Positions 51,077 to 62,197 of a stretch of DNA of 64,000 nt are shown here, piece after piece. The stretch covers positions 1-64,000 of the forward strand of contig JAAILG010001489.1 of the NCBI GenBank assembly GCA_012026655.1, written 5' to 3'. Made by a program: the position numbers and the translations under genes. Under the pieces are notes generated by a model that made no database searches, was not told the origin of the DNA, and worked only from the letters and a program-made list of their open reading frames with translations. This DNA comes from Hydrolagus affinis. Taxonomy: Eukaryota. Each line of letters begins with the position of its first letter. Position 1 is the first letter of the stretch.

Positions 51077-52029
51077 GTACAAGTACAAGCCTTTTTTTTT
51101 TCTGATTCATTCCTGTGCTTTCTCTCTGGGATAAGTTTTGTTTTTCCTGGAGTTTGTTGGGCAATCAGTTCCCCGGTTTTCTGAGGGAGCGGGGAGTTTT
51201 CTCTCCTTCCCTCTTTGTGGTTAAACACGGGTAACTCGGATTCCACGTGTCTCCCATCTCATGGTGGGATCGTGCGGGTGGACATCCTCTTTCTCGAGGT
51301 GGAACGCTTTGCTGCTTCTGGTTCCGTGTGCCTGGTCTGACAGGTCCGCTCCCACAAGGTGGATGGCCACTCAAAGCACTTCTAGAGGATGTGCCATGTG
51401 GGTGTCACAGAGCTCCAAATCACCCCAGCCAGGATTGTAGATGAAACATCCATCTTTTAATTACAACCAAGTTTACTCCCCCCAAAAAAATGACGGGGGG
51501 TGGGGTGGGGGACGACAAGTGTAGAGGGTACCACCCACCTGGGACATTTCATTCCATGTACAGGAATGCCTCTGATACCCCTCCCTCATCTATGGATCCT
51601 CCAGCTGGGGAGGAGATGGAGGGCATATTTGTGCTGTAAACGAGTGACGTGAAAGATATTTCAAGACACCATACTTAAACAAGGTATTCAGTTCAAAGCC
51701 AGTAGCTCCCTTGTTTATCCCTTACAAACTGATTGGCTGATCAAACTAAATGAATCATGATCATTGAAAACAATTTGTCATCCGACCAGGGAGACAGATC
51801 AATATCCAAAAAGTAGAGAGCGCCTGCCTGGCTGACCAAACAAGAAGAAGGAAAGATGAGTGTCATAATCTTCACTGATGTTTATTAACCGGTTAGGATC
51901 CAAATTGACTCTTGTATTCAGTCTTTCGCCGTTCAGCCATTTTTGAGGAACTTGCCAACTGATGAGTGGTCGGAAATATGTGAGATGTATGAATAATATT
52001 TGCTGATCTTTGCTTTTGTGTTGGTGCAG

Positions 52030-52086
52030 GAGGAGCGGCAGGATTACAAGCCGCAGCGAAAGCAGCTAAAGCAGCTAAGCGTGCAG
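52030..52086 (+). CDS. ELN: Elastin exon 5: KA cross-linking domain GGAAGLQAAAKAAKAAKRA
   Basis: ggtgcag| acceptor, |gtgcgg donor, 57 nt; AAAKAAK is the signature elastin cross-link motif. Confidence 0.93.
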
Positions 52087-52548
52087 GTGCGGGCATTTAG
52101 CACAGAACATTAACAATAAATATCCATTGTTTGGGATCTTTAGGGTTCTCTGTCTCTGACCTCGACTGTCGGGTAGTCAGACAAAGTTGGGTTCAGAAAA
52201 AGGGACTAAAAGTGAGTTGGGATCTTGTATTATGAATCCCATACACATTGAGATCTTGTCCCTATCCCATATTTAGCCCACAAAATGTAAGCCAATCCAC
52301 TTTACAGTACATTTTGTGAAGCGCTTTGAGACATCTAGAAGACATGAAAAGCGCTATATCAAATGCAAGGATTATTATTGTACAGTTAATAATAGTGAAC
52401 GGTAATGCCTGAATGGTTCCAATGAAACCGGTGGCACTCGGGTAATCTTTGCTTAATGCAGCCTCTAGTTATCGATATCAAGGGTTAATTTATGTTCCAT
52501 TTCTACTACCGTACAAATGTCCTTGTAACGCTGACTGTGGTGTCACAG

Positions 52549-52608
52549 GTGTTGGTGGACTTCCGGGTGCCGGCGTTCCGGGTGCTGGGGTTCCTGGTGT
52601 TTATCCAG
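52549..52608 (+). CDS. ELN: Elastin exon 6: GVGGLPGAGVPGAGVPGVYP
   Basis: tcacag| acceptor, |gtatgt donor, 60 nt; ends PGVYP like the mammalian GVGLPGVYP exon. Confidence 0.93.
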
Positions 52609-53290
52609 GTATGTTCCGGTGGTGTCATCTATAATCCTGATCGCTGAAACTCTGTTGTCTCAGATATTGATGCCGCAGTGTTATTTCAATCAATGATCAT
52701 AAATGGTGGTGTGTCTGTTCATACTTTAGCTGGTTATCGCAGGGATTACTCAACAGTGTTGAGTTTGGTTGTGCATACGGCAGTCAGTCATTGTATTCAT
52801 GTGCTGTTTAGATATACCCGGTCTGCAGTCATTATACAGTATCATACTGATACTATACACGGTATCAAGCTCTTTCTGCCAATACTGAGGATAGGAAAAC
52901 CATTAAATTTTTAGTCTGAGATTCTTTGCTCTATCTGTGGTTTTTCTCTGGAATGTCATAGAGTTTGAGGCATTGCCAGAAGTACTGAAGCTTTTTGGAT
53001 TAACCACATTTTATTTTCATTTTCTTGTAGATTCATTCTTCTTTTACAATTAAATATTTTATAGGTTTTGTTTTACTACTGTACAGCAAATCATCCAAAC
53101 TCAACTATTTGTAAAGGTCTGGATTTATCTTAATATATTTTGAAATGTACATTGGCATGTTGTAATAAAATATCTCTGACATGTCTCTGACATCCCATTA
53201 GGTAATGCAGGATCACAATGCACCTTCCATGTGTGCTCCATTCTTCTGAAATACTTCTAAAGTCTTTGCCTCTCTGATTTGTGTGTCCAG

Positions 53291-53356
53291 GTAGGAGCCT
53301 TGGCCTTGGTGTGCTTCCTGGTGTACCAACTGGAACTGGTTTGAAGCCGAAAGCAG
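53291..53356 (+). CDS. ELN: Elastin exon 7: KP domain GRSLGLGVLPGVPTGTGLKPKA
   Basis: gtccag| acceptor, |gtgcaa donor, 66 nt; matches the conserved GVGVLPGVPTGAGVKPKA motif of human domain 10. Confidence 0.95.
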
Positions 53357-54066
53357 GTGCAACTATTAAATTGATTATTATGTCCGTTTTAAACAGCACA
53401 TTGTAATCTAATATGACATTGATCCATAACAGGGGGAATATAGCCATATATAAATGTTCTTTGCAAAATTACAAATGTTCAAGCAGATATGTACTACAGG
53501 GAAATCAATGGGCTGATATTTAACTGTTAGCTGTTCAAGATTCCTACTTGCTGTATTACAAGGCCACCCCTCTGTGGTGTTCTACAGTAACTAGAAGTGC
53601 AGTCCATTAGCTTCTGGCACTTGACTAGCTGGTCTCCTGTACAATGTAGAAGGTGCAGTACGTTGAATATTATCACAGAAATATAGATGTACTGTATATA
53701 TTTTTGTTTATGGATTGTAATGAATTCACTCCAGACAGACTTGTTCAGAGGGGTGTCATGGGACATGGTTGAGAAAGTGGTTGAATGAAAATAATTCATC
53801 ATCATCCTTCTGGGTAACTTTGAACCCAAGTGTGTAGAGGGTACAGGGTTCCAGAAGGAAGTTGACTGAGAAAATTATTTTCCTTGGGGAAAGGGAGTCT
53901 ATGGCGAGACACTTGTGCATTATTGGGAAGTCAGCTTGATGGGTCTCATTCCAGATGTCATGCTGTTCAAGTTGTTTATATAGGGATCTTGTGTGTACAT
54001 TGTTTCTTGCATAAAATCTCTTGGTTCTCCATTGTATTTCTTAACTCTTTTTGGTTGGCATTTCAG

Positions 54067-54096
54067 GTGTTGGTGGCCAGTACGGATACCCAGCAG
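54067..54096 (+). CDS. ELN: Elastin exon 8: GVGGQYGYPA
   Basis: tttcag| acceptor, |gtaaat donor, 30 nt; positional equivalent of human GVGGAFAGIP. Confidence 0.9.
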
Positions 54097-54569
54097 GTAA
54101 ATTAAAAAAAATATATAATATATGTCTTAGTCAAGCCAAATGGTAAAGCTTGTTAGCCACAGTATTCTGTCACTACTCTTTGTGATGGTCCATATAGAAC
54201 AGTCTTTTGTCTTCCTGTCAGGAAAAGACTAAAATAATCCATCTGACATTCCAGTATTCCGTGAAGCTGGAATTCTAATAGTGAAGTACCTGTTAGCTGA
54301 TTTGATGTAATATTTTCAGTTTAGAGATTACAGATAATACCTTGAATCACCCTCAGTTGATCAACTTGTAAATAGTCAGCTTGTTATTGTATTTGAATGA
54401 GCATTCTCAGTTACCAAAGAGTCCCAGAATATGAGCTAAAGGATAATGATCACACAATATCTGACCATATGGAGGATTGGGATATTGGTCCCAGCTAAAA
54501 TCTGCGCTATACAATATGGAGAATAAGTCTGATAGTTGAGTTAATTTAAACCTTTGGTCTGTCTGACAG

Positions 54570-54632
54570 GTTATGGTGGTTTTGGAGTAGGCGTTCCCGT
54601 TGGTTATCCAGTGTACTCTCCTAAACTACCAG
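54570..54632 (+). CDS. ELN: Elastin exon 9: GYGGFGVGVPVGYPVYSPKLP
   Basis: ctgacag| acceptor, |gtaaga donor, 63 nt; matches human GVPLGYPIKAPKLP. Confidence 0.95.
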
Positions 54633-57299
54633 GTAAGAGCAGTGGATTCTGTTCTTTATATCATTATCATGTATTGTTAAGAGTTGGATGTGTGAGGATT
54701 GGGCTTCAGTAAAATATGCGTTGTTCTAATCTATGAATTATTTCTTTTAAAAATGTGTCTACAGTCTTAATTTCAACAATACTTTTATTTAACTGGAAAA
54801 TATATTTGTTAAATGCTTTCTTAGTGTTGTAGTCCGTGTGAGTGCTGTTGTTTTTATGCTGTTGCTACTCCACTACTATTGTCCCCCCTGGGATCTGATA
54901 GTGACCATTTGTATAATGTCTGTGTTTCCCATCATCACTTTCAATGGGTATATTACTTTGTGTAAGTGAATTCACTGTTTGCATTTAATCATTTAATTGT
55001 TTTAAGTTTCTTAGTGCACCTCTCGTGCTTTCATTTGCTCTGCTGAGGTGCAGGATTGTTCTTGCAACTTGTTTATAAATTAAAGTTAGCTAAAGTTATC
55101 TATTGTATAATATTAATTTACATTTATATAGCGCCTTTCATGTCAGTGGACACTCCAAATGTGCTTAACAGTAATGGCTTGCCACCTCTACTAGCATGGA
55201 TACCAAGAAGGGAAGGGAAAGCTTCTATAAATTCAGTGTGGACCACGACTGGCTTGTTTCCAAAACTGCAGGATATTGGATGTGATTGCATTTCTTTCAC
55301 AAGTAGGAATAGTCCGTTTCTAACTCATGGCAAGCACACAGGCAAGTTTGGAAGGATAATGCATTTGTTACTTGTACAAATTTGGTACTGCAAAAGGATG
55401 AAGAATTCATAACTCACACAACGGATGCTGCCTAGAGCGAATATGGAAGGACTTTTTCTGGAGTGAATGAGATGTGGTAACATCTCCCATCCCGTTTGCT
55501 TCTATGAAATTGGGTGTTAGGATCTCCCAGCATTACTGTATCAGGAGCACGACCAATAAAGTGGTTGAAACAGTTGTTTTTATTGCAACAGTCACTGAGT
55601 AATTACATTGATAGCAGTTATTGCTTGGCAATGGCAAATGATACTGTTTGGCCCCAAATGTTTTTTTTCAAAAAAACACACAAGTCAAATGTAAATTGTA
55701 CAAATCTACCTAAAATGGCCATGTAGATTCTCATCAGTAAAGATGCCATTGGCAGACAAGGCTTATTCCACTCAGCATCGTTTGGCAAGGTAATGAAAAA
55801 GGATATTTTGAACAGTTGTGGTTAATGGAAATCACAGTATTTTAAGGTTCGAGATTTGCACGCAGTAGGAAACAAGGAATGAGATCTTGGCAGCAAACTA
55901 TCAGTCTGATATGAAGACAGGCTGAGTGTATGAATTGAGAGAATTCAATTTGAGTTGGTGTGACAAGTTGGTTATGGACATTAGGCAGTGAATTGCACAA
56001 GTTAGAAATGGATTAGTGCAGCCCCTGGTACAGAGATAGAAACTGTAGTTGAATCCTCAATGTAGTTATGCTGCTATAAAATGAACCTGGTACTAGATTT
56101 ATTATTATTTCCATCTTGTAGAATAATTTAAGGTTAATCTGACACAGATATAGAGAATAACTAAGATTCTTCACTTGAGATAGGAGATCAGTTCATGATC
56201 ACATGATTCCAGCAAGGTTATTCCAAGGCTCAGAGCAGTGGTTTCCAGTCAAATGTAAAGGGTCAGAGTCTGGGTGATGTGATGAGGTCCAAAGATTTCC
56301 TTCAGGTCTTGGGTTTGAGTCCAGCCAGGCTGAATGAATGATTGCTATACAAGTGTAATTTTGTTGTTGTTGTTCTCACGAATTGTGCAGAGACCTGTAT
56401 TATCAAAGACATTTGGGCAACTTAGACAGTAATCCTTGCATTTGATATATTGAGTTTAGTTTGTTGAGATGCCTCATAGTACTTCACAGAATACTGTATT
56501 TTGTAAAGTGGATCGACACTGTTTTGTGGGCAAAATCTAATTAAGCCTAATTAGCAGTTGATTTAGGCCTACAAGTCTCAACTAGATCAAAATTGGTCTC
56601 AGATATAGAGGCTGAAGATGGGTTGGTGTGGGAAATATAATTGCCACGCGAGTAAAGTATGTGATCCTGTTTTGTATAAAAATCATAATTAATATATTAA
56701 TAATTGCCCATTAACATTCATAATTCTATTTAGATTTTGCTGAAACAGTCTTAAGTCTATAACCGGGGTTGGAGTCTAGCAACATTAAGATATTACTCAT
56801 TGCTTTAAACTATCTTAGGTTATAGAGAACTAAGAACATATATTTCGGCTGGTATTATAATTTAAGGAAATGACTTATGTGATTAATTCTGATCTTCGAT
56901 TTAAGACTGCTTTGAAAATGGAGCTGTGAATTACTGTACTAATGTTCCAGACTGGAAAATCAGTCAGCGATGATGTACACTATATGAAAATTGCTATAAA
57001 GAGCTAGGCACTAGCACAAATTCAGCAACACTAACTGCCTAGAGCCTGGATAACTCAATACAGTACTTCAAGAACATCATTGTACTGTAGTTGGATTAAA
57101 CCCAGCTCAGATTGACCTGAAACAGTAATGGGTGTGTTAATGACTTGTGTTCATCATTGAACTGAAACCTTTACTTTCAACTTTCAGCTCTGCTGCATTT
57201 TATAATTGATTTCCAGGCATACTGCTGGATTTAATCTAACCCAGTCTGAATTTCAGTGTTAAACTGTGTCTGACATTCATTTTCTACATATTATTACAG

Positions 57300-57326
57300 G
57301 TGGTTATGGGATTCCCTACAACTCTG
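57300..57326 (+). CDS. ELN: Elastin exon 10: GGYGIPYNS
   Basis: ttacag| acceptor, |gtaagt donor, 27 nt; matches human GGYGLPYTT. Confidence 0.92.
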
Positions 57327-57766
57327 GTAAGTATATATTTTCTTGGTACTGATTTTAATATTAAAATAAAAATAATTAAAAAAGTACGATCAGTATATTT
57401 GTATCTTCCAATGATGCTGAAATGGTATAATCTGGTATTCAGAGAATTTATGCGATGTTATACTATGCCGCAGTTATTCAAAGACTTTTTAATGTCATCA
57501 AAAGTTGTAGGTTAATGAAACACCTCTGCTTTCTGTTTCACAAAAATGTCTTTTAATTGGAAAGTTGATCTGAAAACCGATCCCAGGATATAATCCTCAT
57601 TTTAAAACAGTAACACTCTTGCCTATGCTACAATACAACCTTACATTTATATAAAGATTTTCACATTCAGAGGATTTCCCAAGGCTGTGGGTTCAAGCTC
57701 CTTTTGGAACTTTGAGCTCATAGTCTAGGCTGCACTCGAGTTGGATGAGCTGAAGTGTTTAAACCA

Positions 57767-57850
57767 CTGATGAAGAGTCTTGTCAAAAAAACTCTGCCTC
57801 ACCTTTTCTGTTGACCTGCTGTGGATTTACAGCTTTTCTGATTTATTTTA
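57767..57850 (+). mobile_element. Highly degenerate copy of the hammerhead/Penelope-like element in an elastin intron
   Basis: CTGATGAagagtc.. followed by tgacctgctg..cagcttttctg; the GAAAC strand is lost. Confidence 0.45.
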
Positions 57851-58007
57851 TGTCCTTCTGAGTAGACTGATTTGAAAGTTTTCTTTCCATTTTTTTAAAA
57901 AAAAGCTATCATTAATTGTTTGACCTGACTTGGAAAGATCTTGTTGTTGAATCTACTCACTTGCTAAATTACTCATTTTTTGTCTGGTTTCCCATCATTT
58001 GGTATAG

Positions 58008-58031
58008 GGGTGAGGCCTGGCTTTCCTGGGG
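58008..58031 (+). CDS. ELN: Elastin exon 11: GVRPGFPG
   Basis: ggtatag| acceptor after a pyrimidine tract, G|gtaagg donor, 24 nt, phase 1-1. Confidence 0.8.
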
Positions 58032-59127
58032 GTAAGGCAATATTTTACTTTCTGTTGTTTGCATGCTCTCTTTTACATTGTGTGTTTTTTTGATTAAGAG
58101 GAAAGCTTTCTGATTTGTGACGCTAACCTCCCCTGAGCAAGAATAAGCTGTCAATGGGATTCCCTTTGGGAAAATCCGGCCAACAGAAAAAAAAGTCACC
58201 ATTAGATTTTATTTCCATTTGTCAGAAACCTTCAGGCATTAAAAAAAAATTGTGCTTTTATCAGTGTTCAAACTACCCACGAGTACAGAAATTCTAATCC
58301 ATTACAAGCACTTCAGTCTCAAGAGCTGCTATTTCATTGTGCTGTACTTCGTCTCAAAAGCTGGGCATTTAAGTGAGGGCTCCTGTTCATGTTTCCAGAA
58401 TTTGTTTTAACTACTTACTAGAATTTCTACTTGAAGCAATGTATTTATTAAAATCAGTTGTGTTTCTATATACATTGAATTAACAAAAAATAAATACTTC
58501 TTGACTGGGGATAGTTAAGAATGAAGGGAGAATCATTGATTTAACCCAGAATGAAATTGTAAGAGGGCTTTTTAACTCCTGCTTTCCTCACAGCTGAGTT
58601 CAGTTCAGTCTTTCTTGTTTACTCAATATTATTACTGTATTATTATTATTTACCACGCAAACTACTACTGTCTCCAAATCTTATAATAAATAATAATCCT
58701 TACATTTGTTATAGTACCTTATCACATCTTCTAGACTGTGTCTCAAAGTGCTTCACAGAATATACTGTAAAGTGTAGTGACTGTATATTTGTGGGCGAAG
58801 CGCGGCAGCCAATTTGAAAGGTCTCGAACACATATGATGAGGCTCGGTGTCAATTGCAAACATCATTATTATTATCTCTTAATGTTTTGTCTTTCCCAGG
58901 TCACTTCTGATCCAATAGTCACTTGTGTTCATGAATTCTTTTTTGGGGAAAAAAATCCCTCCGAGTGAGGGGGAAAAAAATTGACCCTTTAATTTGTGAT
59001 GTAAACCTGCAGCTAAGACAGCTACTTGACAGACATGCTTTTACATATTAAGATTAGATAGAATTTCGGTGGCTCCTACTGTTTTATTCATGTCGGTAAT
59101 AGTGATCGTTTGTTGTTGGTTTTGCAG

Positions 59128-59160
59128 GAATTCCGGGAGGTGGAGCCGGAACAATACCAG
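59128..59160 (+). CDS. ELN: Elastin exon 12: GIPGGGAGTIP
   Basis: ttttgcag| acceptor, |gtaatt donor, 33 nt. Confidence 0.88.
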
Positions 59161-59247
59161 GTAATTTTGTGCCATCAGTTGAATTATAAGATGTTGGATT
59201 GATTTATCAGCTTCTCACTTCTCATCTCCAGGCTGCAAAGCTCCCAT

Positions 59248-59590
59248 CAATAATAATCTTAGCGTTTGATATAACGCCTTAATATGTCGTCGAGAGTCTC
59301 AAAGCACTTCACAGAATATATTGTGAATTGACTATTTTGTGGGCCAAATGCGGCAACCAATTGCGCACAGCAGCGTCCCACAAATAGTCGAGAATTGAAT
59401 TGACCAATTTATTCTTATTGTTTTGAAAATTATTGCTCCTCCTGGAAAAGAGATACACCCGTTCCTACTTTCTACAAGGTAAACAGAGGCGTGTGGAGTA
59501 AAGAAAATTGCCCCAAATTTTGCCCTGGTGGGAATTCAACTCAGGTCTCTCACTTATGAGGCAAAGGCGCTAAACACTGAGCTACACGAC
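59248..59590 (-). mobile_element. Older full-length tRNA-derived SINE
   Basis: Reversed tail, body and head (..cactgagctacac). Confidence 0.85.
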
Positions 59591-59771
59591 TCTGTTGGTT
59601 GCATATTGAACGTAACTGTTGAACCCTCAGATCTACTAAATCATCCACCTCCACACCAAGGTCATGTAAGAAAATGTCTTTGAATGCATTAAACCAGAAC
59701 CACTCCTTCAGAGACTTGAGAAACTTGACTTTTAGTTCAGCTGTTTAACAGAAAGTTTTTTTTTATCCCAG

Positions 59772-59807
59772 GAGGATATGCTGGAGCTAAAGCTGCTAAA
59801 TATAGAG
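59772..59807 (+). CDS. ELN: Elastin exon 13: KA domain GGYAGAKAAKYR
   Basis: atcccag| acceptor, |gtatgt donor, 36 nt; KAAKY motif. Confidence 0.93.
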
Positions 59808-60267
59808 GTATGTCTTATTCTAAAGCTTTTTAAAGGGAATGTTTTTCTCTTACTGGCTTCAAACTTTTCAAACAAAATTCTATGTTGTCACCAAGTTGGA
59901 GCTCATTTTGTAACGTTATCAATATGAATTCAACCACCCTTAAGTGCTGGAGTTAGTGCTGCAGAGAATGTAGGGAAAGCTTCACTGGAACAATAACAAC
60001 ACAACAAAAAATTGTCTAGCTCCAGACAATGTCGGGAGGACATCCCAAGGCGCTGATGCAACTTTATGAAGGACCTATTGGCTACCAAGTAGGTATTTTA
60101 ATAGAGGCAGGTAACCAAGCACACAGCTTGCAAGAATGCTAAATTCTACGACCTTGAGATATTATCCACAGAGAGTAATAATACGGCCAGATATGACGGG
60201 AGTGAAGATGAACATGAGAGTGGGAGCCAAGGAAATGTAACCCGATCATAGAGCTGGACGCAAACCA

Positions 60268-60460
60268 TAGATTCATAGAATTTTCCAGCACAAAAGGAGG
60301 CCATTCGGCCTATCGTGTCTGCACAGGCTCTTTTAAAAGAGATGTCCACATCAATCCCACCCCCCCGCGTTCTCCCCATAGCCCTGCAAATCTGTCCTCC
60401 CCCAATTAACTATCTTGGCAGTTATCGAATCGGCTTCCGGGCATCCTTTCAGATAGATGT
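60268..60460 (-). mobile_element. CR1 LINE 3' end
   Basis: catagaattttccagcacaaaaggaggccattcggcctatcgtgtctg is a reversed CR1 terminus. Confidence 0.75.
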
Positions 60461-60781
60461 CAATAACGCAAAGCTCAAGATTGCAGAATAATGGTATCAG
60501 AGAAAATAATGGAGTGGAACCTTTTAACATAACTGACCAGAGACGTGCTCTGTAATGTGTCATCTTCAGTGAGAGTAATATCAGCCTCACGGGTCACAGC
60601 CAATGAGTGGCACCCTCACACACGCATACATCCTCAGTAACTGCACCAGACAATCTTCTTGGATTATGGGTTCAAGTCATGATATGAAGCATTAACCCTC
60701 TACGTTACAGATGATAGTGCTACTAACTGACCATTAATGGGCCAACTCTGTCTCTCTCCTTTTCTTGTGCTTCTATGTGAG

Positions 60782-60817
60782 GTGTTCCTGGGGGAGTTCA
60801 GCCTGGAGGTGTTCCAG
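60782..60817 (+). CDS. ELN: Elastin exon 14: GVPGGVQPGGVP
   Basis: Strong pyrimidine tract, atypical gtgag| acceptor, |gtacag donor, 36 nt. Confidence 0.82.
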
Positions 60818-60904
60818 GTACAGTAACTTTATTGGAGTAGTATATAATGTGTAATAATATTATTATAATAATAATAATATTTTATATTGATCAGATATCA
60901 CCAT

Positions 60905-61052
60905 TTCCTGCTGGGGAGATATTACCGCGCTTTTGGTCACATTTTCTGCCCCTGCCCCAGGCTCAGTCCGGGATCCGCTATTGTAAAGCGCTCTGAGACG
61001 CCGTCCGGCGTGGAGGGCGCGATATAAATCAAAGTTGTTGTTGTTGTTGTTC
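60905..61052 (+). mobile_element. L2 3' tail, same subfamily as 49935-50050 but opposite orientation
   Basis: gagacgccgtccggcgtggagggcgcgatataaatcaaagttgttgttg. Confidence 0.82.
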
Positions 61053-61268
61053 ACAGCTATTGAGTACTAATGTCTCATGCTTAAACAGCCAATGAGAACA
61101 GGAGTGACAGTGGAATAAAGCTCACCAAATAAACGTTCCATTTTAAGATTTAAAATTTTTAAAAACAGTTTAATTTGGTGCTAAGAGCACGTTCTCTTGT
61201 CTGAAACAGTATTGTGCGGACCCCTGTTGTTTGAATATCTTGTTAATTGAATCTATCTTGTGCTTTAG

Positions 61269-61295
61269 GTGTCACTGTCCCCGGAGTTTATCCAG
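61269..61295 (+). CDS. ELN: Elastin exon 15: GVTVPGVYP
   Basis: ctttag| acceptor, |gtaatg donor, 27 nt. Confidence 0.9.
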
Positions 61296-61841
61296 GTAAT
61301 GTTACAGCTCATTGAAGATTTCCTGCTGGGAGAATCCTTAATTTCGCTAATATAAATCGATGTTGTTGTTGAAACGTCTACAAGACGTGAAAAGGCGCTA
61401 GCTATATCAAATGCACCGATTATTATTATTAATTTTATTATTATCCTCCTTGATCTCAACACCCCCCTTCCTCTCCCCGGCCAAACTGTTTAGGGCCTTG
61501 GAAAGTCCTGCAAACAAGAAAGACGGTTTACAAATCTATTTGGGATTGTGTCAGACACACATCTGACCATTTTGTTATTACAAATGCAACACTTTGTCAG
61601 ATTCAAGCCTCAGCAGAAAATGGTTATTTTTACTCAGTTTAGCATTATTCATTTTATTCAATTTTGAAGTTAAAATTAAATGTAACATTGAATTTACTAT
61701 TACAGTGAGATACATGCTTTCACAGTTATTAAACATAAATTTCAAAACTACAAATTTCTGCCCTTGGTTGGATTTGACAAAGTGTCCACTGTCTTATTTA
61801 ATATCTTATTAATTGTAATTATTCCTGTGCTGATTGTGTAG

Positions 61842-61874
61842 GTGTTCCAGGAACTTACCCAGGAGCATACCCAG
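61842..61874 (+). CDS. ELN: Elastin exon 16: GVPGTYPGAYP
   Basis: gtgtag| acceptor, |gtaatg donor, 33 nt. Confidence 0.9.
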
Positions 61875-62161
61875 GTAATGGCATCTATATCAGTGAAGAC
61901 ATTTTACATTGGTTTAGGAGGTTTTTTAAATCCTTCCATAGCACTTTTCACGTCTTTACAGAATATACTGTAAAGTGAATTGACTATGCATGTGTGGGAG
62001 AAACGCGGCAGCTAATTACGCATGTGTATGCAGCTATTCCTTGGCATCTTCCTCATCTTAATCAGCACCAGGAAAGCATTAATTACCACCACATAGTTTG
62101 CCCCAGTGTGCTATCTTACTAAGACAATCCCTACTTTCACATCGGTCCTCTGTTATTGCAA

Positions 62162-62197
62162 GTTTATATGCTGGAGCCAAAGCTGCTAAATATAGAG
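62162..62197 (+). CDS. ELN: Elastin exon 17 candidate or pseudo-exon: GLYAGAKAAKYR, with acceptor CAA instead of CAG
   Basis: 32/36 nt identical to exon 13, intact donor |gtaatt, preceded by tgttattgcaa. Confidence 0.55.
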
